Shown piece after piece: positions 29,122 through 40,300 of a stretch of DNA of 64,000 nucleotides. The notes below the pieces were generated by a model. It saw nothing but the letters and a program-made list of their open reading frames with translations, made no database searches and was not told where the DNA came from. The position numbers and the translations under genes are program-made. The stretch lies in NCBI GenBank assembly GCA_963664225.1, contig OY760937.1, positions 32,001 to 96,000 of the forward strand, given 5' to 3'. The number at the start of each line of letters is the position of its first letter. Positions within the stretch are counted from its first letter, which is position 1. This DNA is from Verrucomicrobiia bacterium. GTDB lineage: Bacteria; Verrucomicrobiota; Verrucomicrobiia; Limisphaerales; UBA1319.

Positions 29122-32100
29122 ATGTCTGTAGTAAACCTATTGTCACGTTGCTTTGTGAATGGCACCACGGCCACCGTGGGCGTGTGTTTATATCTTGCGA
29201 TCGCCACAACGGCTTCCGCGCAAACCGCTTCGCCAGCCCAGGCGGCGGAGGAGGAGTCTGTGCGGCGCCAGGAGAACACGATTCTCTTGCGCCAACGGCT
29301 GGCGCAAGCGGAGGCCGCCCAAAAGGCGGGCGACAATGCCAGCTCGGCGCGCCTGTTTCAGGAGGCTTATTCATTATCCCAACGCATCGGTGACGTCGGC
29401 GTGGAGAAGGAGACCCAAAGGACGGTTGCCGGATTGTCCGATGTGCAATTGAAGCTCGCGCAGCAGGCACAGAACCAGGGGGATCTGGCCAGCGCGGAGA
29501 CCTGGGTGAACCGGGTGCTCGCCGTGGATCCCAAAAACCAGGCGGCCCAGAATTACAAGAAGACCGTCCTCAAGCTGCGCGAGGCGCAGAAGGGGCGCAT
29601 TCCGAGCGATGAGATGAAGGCGCGCGTGCCCGAGATGGTCACCGAAAAAGTGGCAACCGCCACGCTGGTTCAAGACGGCCGGATGCTGATGGAATGGGGC
29701 AAGCTCGATGAGGCCGAGAAGAAATTGCAGCAGGCCTTTGAGCAGGATGCGGGCAACGCCGCCGCAGTTCACTATTTACGGCTGGTCAAGGAGAAGAAAT
29801 ACGAGCAGGAGGCCCGGCGCCGGAGCATCAGTTCCTCGGACAAGCTGGTTAAAGTCGAGGAGGCTTGGAATCCCCCCACACAAGGGGCTCTGCTTCCTGC
29901 GGCCAATCCTTTTGCGACGACCAATTCGGCCTTCACGGGTCCCGGTCGCCAGATCATTCAGCGCAAGCTTGAGCGGATCAAAATCAACGAGGTCCGCAAA
30001 TTGGAGAACCTGCCGCTGGGTTCGGTGGTGGCTTATTTGAGCGAGGAATCGCGGCTGCGCGATCCTGACAAGGAAGGCGTCAATTTCATTATCAGCACGC
30101 GCATCGACAAGCCGTCTCCCCAGAACCAGCTTCAACAGCAGACGGATCCGGCGACGGGCCTTCCGGTCCAATCGGCCGCGCCGTCTCTCCAGCCCGTGAC
30201 CGATCTGGCCAACGATGTGAATGTGGCTTTTTCGTCTCCGTTGCGCAACATGAGCTTGAGCGACATGCTGCACGCCATCACCCAGGTGGCGCAAGCCTCG
30301 CCGAATATGGAGTTCTACGGTTTGAAGTATTCCATTGAGGAATACGGGGTGGTGATCTCGCAGAAAACCCGCGAACTGGAGCAGTTGTTCAGCAAGCAAT
30401 TCCGGGTGGATCCGAACACCTTCCTGCAGGGTCTGGAAAGCGTCCAATCCATCAATCCCGCCAGTGCCGCCACGGGTGGTAATAATCAGCAAAACGGTGG
30501 CGGCGGCGGCGGTGGTGGATTTGGTGGCGGCCAGGGCGGCCAGGGTGGTTACGGTGGAAGCACCGGCGGTGAGATTCCGCGTGTCACAGTGGCCGCTTAC
30601 GGTGGCAGCCAGAATCAACAAGGCGGCGGCGGATTTGGCGGTGGCGGTGGTGGCGGCTTCGGTGGTGGTGGCGGCGGCTTTGGTGGCGGTGGCGGCATCG
30701 GCGGCGGTGGCGGCCAGGGCGGTTACGGCCAGGGCGGTCTGACGGCGGTGACGCGTCAAACCCAGATGAGCGATGTGCAGACGTTGGTTCGCAATTTCTT
30801 CGCTCAAGCCACGGGAATCTATTTTGCGGGCGCTGGCGCCAATGGCCAGGGTGGTGGCGGCCAGGGCGGTCTGCTTGGTGGCGCCGGTGGTTTCGGCGGC
30901 GGTTTCGGCGGCGGCCAATTTGGTGGCCAGCAGGGACTCCCAGGCCAGGCGGGCACCGGTCAGCAGCAGGGAATCCGAACGATGTTTTTCAATGATCGCA
31001 CGGGTGTCTTGTTTGTCCGGGCGACGATGGAAGAGTTGGATTTGATCGAGCAAGCGGTGCAGGTTTTGAATCTGCCGCCGCCGATGGTCAATCTCGAGGC
31101 GAAATTTGTTGAAATCAGCCAGGAGGATAACAAATCCCTGGGCTTCGATTGGATTCTTGGAAACTTCCTGATGGGTGGGGGTAATGTTGGCGCCCAGGGC
31201 GGCTCGGCCCCATCGTTCAGCGGTTCCCCTTCGGCGGCCAATCCGAGCGGCATTTTCCCGGGTGCGGGTGGTGCGGCGACCACGGCCTCATCGGCTTCAG
31301 ACGGTCTGTTGACAGGCGGTTTGCGCAACAACTCCACAACGGTGGGGACGATTACGGGTATCATGACCGATCCCCAATTCCGATTGGTCATCAAGGCCTT
31401 GGAACAGCGGACGGGTGTGGATGTGATGTCCGCGCCTAATGTGACGACACTCAGCGGTCGCCAGGCGCAGATTCAATCCACGGTGCAGCGTCAGATTTTT
31501 GCCAGTGTTTCCGCTGGAACCGGCGGCAACAATTTCAACAACCAGTCAGGTGGTGGCGTGGGTGGAACGGTGTTGAACCAGGCGGTCTCGCTGTTGCAGC
31601 CGTCCACGGTGCCGTTGCCGACGGGTCCCACACTGGACGTCATTCCTTATGTTTCCGCGGATGGATACACAATTCAGATGACCTTGATTCCGTCGATTCT
31701 GGACTTCCTGGGCTACGGCAATCCTGACATTGCGGATGCCGCCGCGTATGAGGCGACGATTCAGGCGCAAGCGGGTCAATCCCGTTCGCCGGTGCCGCTG
31801 CCGCGCATCCTGGTTCGTCAGATCACGACCTCCGCCACCGTATGGGATGGTCAGACGGTTGTTTTGGGCGGATTGATTTCTGACGATGTGCGCCGGACTC
31901 GGGACAAAGTCCCCGTTCTGGGCGACATCCCATTGCTGGGACGTTTGTTCCGCAGCGAAAGCAGCGGGACGGCCAAGAAGAACCTGGTGGTTTTTGTAAC
32001 CGCGAAGATCATCGATCCGGCTGGAAATCGGGTTCACTCGGAGGACAATCTTCCTTATGATCCGAGCACTCTGCCTGTGCAGAGGCCGATGCCGCTGGCG

Positions 32101-32142
32101 TCGGATGCCGCCAAAGCGGCCAGCCCGGAAGTGAAGAAGTAG
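29122..32142 (+). CDS. Outer-membrane secretin (PilQ/GspD family) with TPR-like N-terminus and Gly-rich inserts
   Basis: VNLEAKFVEI, SAPNVTTLSGRQA, DGQTVVLGGLI, DKVPVLGDIPLLGRLFRS...KNLVVFVTAKIIDP. Confidence 0.92.
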   Translation: MSVVNLLSRCFVNGTTATVGVCLYLAIATTASAQTASPAQAAEEESVRRQENTILLRQRLAQAEAAQKAGDNASSARLFQEAYSLSQRIGDVGVEKETQRTVAGLSDVQLKLAQQAQNQGDLASAETWVNRVLAVDPKNQAAQNYKKTVLKLREAQKGRIPSDEMKARVPEMVTEKVATATLVQDGRMLMEWGKLDEAEKKLQQAFEQDAGNAAAVHYLRLVKEKKYEQEARRRSISSSDKLVKVEEAWNPPTQGALLPAANPFATTNSAFTGPGRQIIQRKLERIKINEVRKLENLPLGSVVAYLSEESRLRDPDKEGVNFIISTRIDKPSPQNQLQQQTDPATGLPVQSAAPSLQPVTDLANDVNVAFSSPLRNMSLSDMLHAITQVAQASPNMEFYGLKYSIEEYGVVISQKTRELEQLFSKQFRVDPNTFLQGLESVQSINPASAATGGNNQQNGGGGGGGGFGGGQGGQGGYGGSTGGEIPRVTVAAYGGSQNQQGGGGFGGGGGGGFGGGGGGFGGGGGIGGGGGQGGYGQGGLTAVTRQTQMSDVQTLVRNFFAQATGIYFAGAGANGQGGGGQGGLLGGAGGFGGGFGGGQFGGQQGLPGQAGTGQQQGIRTMFFNDRTGVLFVRATMEELDLIEQAVQVLNLPPPMVNLEAKFVEISQEDNKSLGFDWILGNFLMGGGNVGAQGGSAPSFSGSPSAANPSGIFPGAGGAATTASSASDGLLTGGLRNNSTTVGTITGIMTDPQFRLVIKALEQRTGVDVMSAPNVTTLSGRQAQIQSTVQRQIFASVSAGTGGNNFNNQSGGGVGGTVLNQAVSLLQPSTVPLPTGPTLDVIPYVSADGYTIQMTLIPSILDFLGYGNPDIADAAAYEATIQAQAGQSRSPVPLPRILVRQITTSATVWDGQTVVLGGLISDDVRRTRDKVPVLGDIPLLGRLFRSESSGTAKKNLVVFVTAKIIDPAGNRVHSEDNLPYDPSTLPVQRPMPLASDAAKAASPEVKK

Positions 32143-32284
32143 CAACGGGCCGGGAGACCGGCTTTGGACCACGCGGCCTCTGAATAAGTGGTTGCGTGGT
32201 TTTGTGAGTGGTTGGGCTGCATATTGCAAGAAAGTCATGGTGGAATGGATGAGTGCGGACCAATCCATGACGGGCCGGACCCGG

Positions 32285-33178
32285 ATGGCTGGACGGCTGG
32301 TTTTGGTGGACGGACACGCCTATGCCTACCGGGCATTCCACGCAATACGCAGTCTGAGTTCGCCGCAAGGCGAGCCAACAAACGCGATCTTTGGCTTTAT
32401 CAAGATGGTCGAGCGGCTTCAAGAACTCTGGAAGCCGACCCATCTGGCCGTGGTCTGGGACGGCGGTCTGGCGGCGGAGCGGGTGGCGGAACTGCCCGGT
32501 TACAAGGCTCAAAGGCCTCCGATGCCAGAGAGTCTGGGGCGGCAAATCGAGGCGATCATGGAATGGTTGAAGGCCTCGGGACTGCGGTCGCTCTGCAGCA
32601 CGGGTGTGGAAGCCGACGACTGGATTGCAACCCTGGCGCGACAGTTGGCGCCGGAAATCGGCCAGGTGCTGGTCGCCAGCTCGGATAAGGATTTCATGCA
32701 GTTGGTCGGCGAACGGATCGGGTTGGTGAATCCGTCGGAATCGGCGGCCAGGATTTGGACTGCGGACGAAGTGACAGCCAAGACCGGCGTGAAGCCGGGG
32801 CAGGTGGTTGATTGGCTGAGTCTGGTTGGGGATGCAGTGGATAATATCGCGGGTGTTCCGGGCATCGGACCCAAACGGGCGGCGGAGTTGCTGGGGAAGT
32901 TTGGCAGTGTCGATGGGATTTTTGAGGGTTTGGAACGCGTGGAAACCGCGCGAGTGCGTGAAATTCTTCGGAGTTCGCAGGCTGTGGTTCGGCGAAATCA
33001 GCGCCTGATCGGGTTGAGGGACGCCGGAGAACAGGTCGCAGGACCGGATCTGCAAGTGGGCGCCAGGGATTGCGGAGCCCTTGGCCGGTTATATGAGCGC
33101 TGGGGTTTTCGCAGTTTGTTGGAAGGCTTAAAGAGGCCCGAGTGGCTCCAGGGTGATTTATTTGGGAAGACCGCATGA
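32285..33178 (+). CDS. Stand-alone 5'-3' exonuclease / flap endonuclease (PolA N-terminal-like)
   Basis: LVDGHAYAYRAFHA, PTNAIFGF, YKAQR..MP, EADDWIATL, SSDKDFMQL, LVGDAVDNIAGVPGIGPK; no polymerase domain. Confidence 0.92.
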   Translation: MAGRLVLVDGHAYAYRAFHAIRSLSSPQGEPTNAIFGFIKMVERLQELWKPTHLAVVWDGGLAAERVAELPGYKAQRPPMPESLGRQIEAIMEWLKASGLRSLCSTGVEADDWIATLARQLAPEIGQVLVASSDKDFMQLVGERIGLVNPSESAARIWTADEVTAKTGVKPGQVVDWLSLVGDAVDNIAGVPGIGPKRAAELLGKFGSVDGIFEGLERVETARVREILRSSQAVVRRNQRLIGLRDAGEQVAGPDLQVGARDCGALGRLYERWGFRSLLEGLKRPEWLQGDLFGKTA

Positions 33179-33301
33179 ATAATCGGCGGAAAAGACGGGA
33201 GCGTTGAGCGGTGGAAATCCGTCCAACCAAAGTGGCTCGCTGTCAGTGGTGTTTGAGAATTGGACAAGAAAATGCTGCTATCATGGCAGCCCAATAACTA
33301 T

Positions 33302-35275
33302 ATGTCGTTGATTTTGCGTTTTTGGAATAAGTTCGCGATCGGTTTTGCGATGCTGGCCGCGCCATGGGCCATGCAGGCCCAGACGGCGGTCACTCCGGAG
33401 AGCTTTGAGTTTCCAGTCACCGCGCCGATGCGTGGGGATCAAGTACATCCGCAGGTTGCCTTGCGTTCGGGTGGCGGCTTGATGGTCTGGCAGGATAACG
33501 CCACGGATGGCGACGGCATGGGTATCAGCGCCCAGGTATTGGATGCGAATTTCTATCCTTCGATGAGCGCATTCCGGATTAATGTGGAAGGTGCTGGAGA
33601 TCAGGAGAATCCGCAGATTGCATTACTCAAGAATGGCGGGGCCGTGGTGGTCTGGCAAGGGGGCGAGGTTGGGTCGCAGCATATTTTTGCCCGTTTTCTA
33701 ACCGCCGCGAATACGTTCGCCACCGGCGATATAGCCGTAAGTTCCTATGCGGATGGCCCCCAGGTGGATCCGCAGGTGGTGGTCCTGGCCGACGGGAGCG
33801 TTCTGGTCAGCTACAGCAGCTATGGACAGGACGGGAACATGAGCGGCGTTTTTGCCCAACGGCTCTCCGCTGCGGGTGTGAAACTGGGTTCTGAGTTCCA
33901 GGTCAATCAGTTTACCAATTTCAACCAACGGACCCCGGCCGCCACGGTTCTTGCCAACGGAAGCTACGTTTTTGCATGGATCTCAGAACAACAACGTTCG
34001 ACTTATGGCGTCGGAAACGACGGATCGAATTTGAAGTGGTTGATGGAGGGGCAGCAGGTGGGCGGCAGTGTCGATCTTTACGCGCGGTTGTTCGATTCCA
34101 ACAATGTGGCTTTGGGGAACGAAATTATGGTGAACACGACCAACAAGGTTTGCGCGAATCCCGCTCTGACGGCAACCGGAAACGGTGGGTTCGTGGTGGC
34201 CTGGAGTCAGGACAACGGACGGTCGATGCTCAATGGAGTCGTTCAGACGAACGGCTGGGATGTGGTGGCCCGCGTTTATGACGGGCAGGGCAAGGCCGTT
34301 ACGCAGGATCTGAGTGTTAACACGGTTAAATATGGCGAACAATACGCGCCCAGGATTCAGGCGCGTGGCAATGATTGCCTGGTGGTCTGGACGAGTTTGG
34401 GCCAGGACGGTTCCTGGGAGGGGGTTTACGGACGCGGTTTGAGCGCGAGCGGGACGTTTACGACCGGCGAGTTTCTGGTGAATACCACCACCATAAGCCA
34501 GCAGATTCATCCAGCGGTGGCGACGGACGGCGGAAGCCGGTTCCTGGTGGTGTGGAGCAGCTTTATTGGTGGGTCATCGAGCTTCGATCTGTTCGGCCAG
34601 CGTTATTACGCCGGGGATGGGGTGCAACCCTTGGCCAAGCCCAGCGCGCCGATGGTTTCGGCGTTAAGCCAGGGTCGGCTGAGTGTGGCCTGGCCCGCAG
34701 TGGGAGGGGCCGTGGTGAGCCGCTATGTGGTGTTCATGGACGACAGTTCCACGGGAGCCACGGTTACGAATAATTTCTACCAGGCCACAGGTCTGGCCGC
34801 GAGCACGTCGCATAGTTTTCGTGTGCAGTATGTCCTGGCGGATGAGCAGGTCTCGCCGTTGTCTGACGCGGGGACGGGGGTGACCTGGGGCGAGGATTTG
34901 AACGGCTTCGGCGGCATTCCGGATGGCTTGCCGGACGACTGGGAGGCGAAATTGTGGGGGCCGAAGTCAAGCAGTTGGCCGGGCGCCAATGTGGATAGCG
35001 ATCAGGACGGCATGACCAATTATGAGGAATTTCTGGCGGGAACCGATCCAAAGGATGCGTCGAGCGTGCTCAAGTCGAAACTGACGTCTGATCCTCTGGG
35101 CTGGCGGTTGAGTTGGAACACCCAACAGGGCTTTATTTACCAAATCCAGAGTTCAGTGGATCTGCTGGAGTGGAGCAATGCGGGATCGCCCCGGTATGCG
35201 GCGGGGACCAACGATTCCACGCTTGTGAATATGAACAATGGGACGGCTTATTTCCGAATCGTCCGAGTGCGTTAA
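33302..35275 (+). CDS. Exported repeat protein with FN3-like domain, DxDxDG Ca-binding repeats and C-terminal domain
   Basis: Signal peptide; repeated EF.VN...Q..P.VA..G...VVW units; DGLPDDWE, DSDQDGMTNYEEFLAGTDP; terminal YQIQSSVDLLEW...YFRI. Confidence 0.7.
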   Translation: MSLILRFWNKFAIGFAMLAAPWAMQAQTAVTPESFEFPVTAPMRGDQVHPQVALRSGGGLMVWQDNATDGDGMGISAQVLDANFYPSMSAFRINVEGAGDQENPQIALLKNGGAVVVWQGGEVGSQHIFARFLTAANTFATGDIAVSSYADGPQVDPQVVVLADGSVLVSYSSYGQDGNMSGVFAQRLSAAGVKLGSEFQVNQFTNFNQRTPAATVLANGSYVFAWISEQQRSTYGVGNDGSNLKWLMEGQQVGGSVDLYARLFDSNNVALGNEIMVNTTNKVCANPALTATGNGGFVVAWSQDNGRSMLNGVVQTNGWDVVARVYDGQGKAVTQDLSVNTVKYGEQYAPRIQARGNDCLVVWTSLGQDGSWEGVYGRGLSASGTFTTGEFLVNTTTISQQIHPAVATDGGSRFLVVWSSFIGGSSSFDLFGQRYYAGDGVQPLAKPSAPMVSALSQGRLSVAWPAVGGAVVSRYVVFMDDSSTGATVTNNFYQATGLAASTSHSFRVQYVLADEQVSPLSDAGTGVTWGEDLNGFGGIPDGLPDDWEAKLWGPKSSSWPGANVDSDQDGMTNYEEFLAGTDPKDASSVLKSKLTSDPLGWRLSWNTQQGFIYQIQSSVDLLEWSNAGSPRYAAGTNDSTLVNMNNGTAYFRIVRVR

Positions 35276-37291
35276 TTGTATATGTTGCGAATACTGCGAT
35301 TGAGTTTGTTGCTGGCGCTGGTCTCACTGGCCGCGCCCAGGGCGTTCGCGTTTGCGTTTATTGGGCCTTTTGCCACCAATCAGAATGAACGGATTGGTTA
35401 TAACGTGCATGGATTTGACATCGGCGGTGTCATGCTGCGGGATGAAGGTTACCGGTGGAATGTGCCCATCATCACCTATGCTTTTGACGCATCGTTTATT
35501 CAATATTTTGGATCCAACGGAGTGCGCGCGGTGACGCTGGCGATGGAATCCTTCAACAAATACACGACAAATCTTGATAAGATGACCGATGCGGATTTGA
35601 AGAAGGTGTCCTTGGATACGACCCGCATCAATTATCAGGCGCAGGCATTGGGAGTTGACGATCTCAAGACGCACGTCATGGGTTATCTGACGGAGGAATT
35701 GGGGCTGGCCTCGCCGGATCGATATGTGTGGTGCTTGAGAAACCGTCAGACATTTTCAAATCCCGACTATACGAACTATGTTGTGATTCAGCGGAATTTT
35801 GATCCCATCACATTGAATCCATCGAGCTACGTCAATGGGACACTCTATACTTACACCATTTATGACCGGCTGTTGATTAATCCAGATGTGGCAGACGCCT
35901 TGGAAGTTCCAGTGGATCCGTTGCGGCGGGAAACCGCTGTTGCCTCCGCCATTGACAATATTGTAACGGTTGGCTCCCAACAGCCAGGACGTTTCTTCAC
36001 CGGATTGACCCGTGACGACGTGGGTGGCCTGCGTTTCCTAATTGGGCCAAGCACCTTGCGTCAAGAGACGTTGCCCAATTCGGGCACGATAACCGCCGAC
36101 CTGGCGGTGACCAATTTGCAGGCCTTGCAGTTGATTACGACGTCCAACATTGTGGATCTGGTGAGCAACACCTGGCATACGACCAATACGCCGGCGCAGG
36201 TGCTTGCGATTTATCCCAACTTGAATTTGACCAGCACCAATACCTATCTGACCAACATGCCAGTGACGAATGTGGTCTTTTACTACACTAACTTCCCTTG
36301 GACGCCGATTGATCAGCCCCCGGTGCTGACTTCGAATGTGTGGTTGACGTACATCCCGACGATTGCGTTCGATTATGGTTTCGATAATGTGGTCACCAAT
36401 CACTATTCCCCATTCTCATTGGTCGCCCTTCGATCAACAGTAGTGGGTTTTGCCCCCTGGACGCCTGTCGGGACCATTTCCACCAATGTAAGTTCGCGAT
36501 ACTATATGACCAACGTGGGATCGGGCGATTTCTATATCATTCCACCAACCAATCAGGGTTTCGTTTTGGTCACCAACATGCTGACGATGGTGAGCACCAA
36601 TACCAACACATTGAGCCTGATCACGAATTTCGTGACCAATGCGTTCAACACCAACGTGGTATCGACAAACACGGCGGGAGCGAGCAACACATTTTTGGTC
36701 AGCACCCAGTTGGATTTGGTCACCTTCTTCACAAACTCGACTTTTGCAATGTATCCCATTGAATGGCGCAACGACACGAACACGGCGGGGTTGCGGCCTG
36801 GTGTGGGTCACATTGAGTTCAAGCGGGTCGATTTCGATTCGGTCATCGGCCAGGTCTTTACGCCGATCACGAACTTCTTTACGGACACGGTCATTACCAA
36901 CGGAATTAAAATCAAGCGGACTGTGCGGCTGCGGGCCACCGCGCCGGATATTTTGTTTGTGGCGGAGGATCTGGGTTTGACGACGGGCGGATATCCCGTG
37001 ATTTCCGCGCGCACCGACACCGGAGCCTGGCAGAATAACACCGCATTGAACCGCGCCGGGTCCGGAGCCGGGCCCGGGAACATATTTGGTCCGGTCACAC
37101 TACGGTTTTCCAATATTGGAGCATGGCAACTTAATGAGACGCCGTCGTTCCTGACTGAGGCGTCGAGTTTTCGAGGATTTGCCTGGGGATCATTTGACGG
37201 ATCGACGAACGCTCCAGTGGTCTATCCGGACGACGGCAAGCAGACATTGGATTATCTGGAACGGATCATTCTCCAGTCGGGTGGGAAATAG
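35276..37291 (+). CDS. Exported Thr/Asn-rich protein with degenerate matrixin-like N-terminus
   Basis: Signal peptide; RWNVPIITYAF, LTEELGLA, GLTRDDVGGLRFL; no HExxH. Confidence 0.55.
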   Translation: MYMLRILRLSLLLALVSLAAPRAFAFAFIGPFATNQNERIGYNVHGFDIGGVMLRDEGYRWNVPIITYAFDASFIQYFGSNGVRAVTLAMESFNKYTTNLDKMTDADLKKVSLDTTRINYQAQALGVDDLKTHVMGYLTEELGLASPDRYVWCLRNRQTFSNPDYTNYVVIQRNFDPITLNPSSYVNGTLYTYTIYDRLLINPDVADALEVPVDPLRRETAVASAIDNIVTVGSQQPGRFFTGLTRDDVGGLRFLIGPSTLRQETLPNSGTITADLAVTNLQALQLITTSNIVDLVSNTWHTTNTPAQVLAIYPNLNLTSTNTYLTNMPVTNVVFYYTNFPWTPIDQPPVLTSNVWLTYIPTIAFDYGFDNVVTNHYSPFSLVALRSTVVGFAPWTPVGTISTNVSSRYYMTNVGSGDFYIIPPTNQGFVLVTNMLTMVSTNTNTLSLITNFVTNAFNTNVVSTNTAGASNTFLVSTQLDLVTFFTNSTFAMYPIEWRNDTNTAGLRPGVGHIEFKRVDFDSVIGQVFTPITNFFTDTVITNGIKIKRTVRLRATAPDILFVAEDLGLTTGGYPVISARTDTGAWQNNTALNRAGSGAGPGNIFGPVTLRFSNIGAWQLNETPSFLTEASSFRGFAWGSFDGSTNAPVVYPDDGKQTLDYLERIILQSGGK

Positions 37292-37330
37292 GGCCAGTAA
37301 AGCAGCGTGGCGAAAAAGATTTATTTGGAT

Positions 37331-40300
37331 ATGAAGCGATTTTTATTGGCGGTGATGTTGGGCGCGCTGTGTGGTGCGACAGCGGTGCGGGCGACGGACC
37401 CAATTTACGCGAACTACGGGTTGGTGACCACGCCGCCGCAAATCGATGCGACGATCTTTTTGAACGCCGGTCAGCTCGATTTCAGCACGGCCAGCAGTGG
37501 CATTGGGTTGGGCGCGAGTGTGCCCTTTGACACGCAGTACACCCTGTATTACACCAACCGAGGTTTGATGAATTCGCCCTTCGGATGGCGCTTCGATTAT
37601 GTCACGGAGGAAGAAAGAATGCCTGCGGAGACGTTTGTCAATGAACAGACGATCATCGCGCAGGATGCGACCACTATAAGCATTGGCAGCCGGTCGTCGG
37701 GCACGTATGGATTGTCGGGATCGTCCTACATGTCCATTTCCGCCACGAACATCTTCAGCTCGGGTCTGATGGCTGCCGGATCAGGAGGACTGGTAAAGAT
37801 CGAAGGCCAGAATGTCGATATGAGCAACTCGGGCACGAGCGCGAGTGACGCTTCATTAAGCGGCATGGGCTATCTCTACTCCACCGTGTTCAGCCGCGGA
37901 TTGGAAGGGGATACCAATTACTTGAATCCTTCCCAGGTGATGGATTTGTTTTGGGGCATCGGGGTGAATCAGGTGGTTGGGGGAGATGGCCAGGTTCTGC
38001 AGGTCGCAGGGGGAGTATTCGGGCCCACATCGGCTTCGTCACCGGTTTTTCAAGCGTTTGATACCAGCGGCTACACCAACTCATTGTCATTGCCGGCGAC
38101 CTCATTCTTTTTATCCACAAACAACACCGGGACGAACGCCTTGGGGACCAACTACCAAAGCACTAATTATTTGGGGATGAACCTCTACTATCTCCAATCC
38201 CCTCAGATGGCTTTCTTCTACACCAATCAAACGGCGGGTGGCGGCGGCTGGGTTGAGGGTGTTTACGTGACTAGCAACGTTTTTGACACCAACATCAATA
38301 TTCAGGTCAGGTTCCTTCCGCTATCCACCGGCACCAATGGTGGGAGCCAGGCTCTGATCGAGTTCACATCCCTTGAGGACGATGTGATTTCCGGGACCCG
38401 ATATACGAACTATTTGTATCTGCTGGATCGATCGATGCTGCAAACAAACAGCACGTTAAAGGAGAATTATGTGAGCACGGCGTTCAGGCCGTCCGCTTTC
38501 CAGATCACGCGTGCAACTCCTTTCAATTGGTATGTGGCGGTGCCCTCCAATACGGCCTATTCGCCGCTGTTATTCGACAATCCAAGCTACGTAACTTCGG
38601 TGGTGACCAACTCCTACTCGGCGTACTCCATTCAACTCGGTGAGAACGCAGTGGTTCAGAATAATGCGAATCAGGGGTCGTTGAATTTTAGTTACTATGG
38701 CTACTATAGCAATCCATCGCTGACGGATCCCACGAATTACTCCGGGCGTGTGGAATTGTTGGGACTGGATGCCGAGGCCGATCCATTGAGCGATCAATTG
38801 AATCTGCGCAACGCCCGCATTCGCAGCGATGGTTTGCTGACCATCAAGACCAAGAATCTGGTATCCACAGAGGGAACTTTGATCGACGCACCGTTGATCA
38901 CCGTCGATTTGGGCAGCCCCAATCAAACGCTCGTTGTGAGTAATTTGTTCGCGACGAGTGTGAATCGCATGAAGGGGACCCTGTCGGTGTATAGCGCTCA
39001 GTGGACAAATCAGATTTCCTCCATTTCCGTGAGCAATGCGCCGGGAGGAACGGGAACGACCGTGACCACAAATATGGTCGATGTGAAGTTTCACGTCATG
39101 ATCGTCGATCACACCTTGACGTCCAAGCAGGCGGTCGTGGCCAATGACGTGTCATTGCGCGCCAACAACATGATTGTGGCGGATGACCTTAATATACAGC
39201 GGAACCTGTATGTGGACGGCAACAGCCTGACACTGGATGGAACATTTGCGGTTCAGAACGGGATCGGCGCCACAAACATGCCGACTTTGATGAATTTCAC
39301 CAACAACGGGACCATGATGGTGCCGCTGCATTTTGTTGTCGGCGCGGATCGCGGCACTCCTTTCAATAGCGTTGTCAATCACGGAACCCTGACTGCGGGC
39401 GGTTATCAGGCGCGTGCCGGAACATGGATCGCGGAATCCACAAACACGATCTCCTACGGAGGATTGTACACCTCAACCAATGTCACGGCGACCAACCTGA
39501 GCTATGTCTCCGCCTACAGCGGGGCGGTGAAAGTGGAGGCCGGTTCCGCAATCATTAATAATGCGGCGGTGGTCGCGCAAACAGATGTGTCCATAGGCGC
39601 GAACGATTTCTATGCCGCGAATTCCGTGATCTCGGCGGGCAGCAAGGTCACAGCGGGGGCGGGCGCGGAAGTGGTGTTGGCGGGTGTGCTATCGATCAAC
39701 GCGACCAACAGTGTTTATGACGGCGGTCTGGCCGCCTCGAACTACTGGCGTGTGATCGGGAGCGCGCAGATGCTGACCAGGCCCGCGTATGGGGATTTGC
39801 TGGGCACGACCATTGAGACCATCGCGCCGAAACTTTCCGTGGTCAAACATGTGTGGGCGGGCGAGAACCGGGGAGCTTCAACGGCGGGCTTCACGAATAA
39901 CGGCGCCTTGGGCACGATGATACTGGATGCCAGCATTGGAAGTCATATCCGGTTCCTGGGAAATGGAACGAACAAGGCGCTCTATGTGGACTATCTCGAG
40001 TTCCGCAATTACGCGACGAATTTCGCCAGCGTGCTGGATGTCGATCCGAGCATCACGGTCTATTTTGCCAATGCGAACCTGCCGGTGAAAAAGCTCGACG
40101 GCAAATTCAACGGGCATCTCCGATGGGTCAATCAGTTTGCGGGCCCGTTTAGCGGCACGGATTGGGTTTCGCCCATCACCGGGACCACCTACCGCGTGAA
40201 CACCGCGTTGCTCAACAGCACGGAGATCGATAGCGACGCGGACGGCGTGGTGAACGCCCTGGACTCGACGCCGTTTTATCTGGGTGAAAACATGGCTCTG

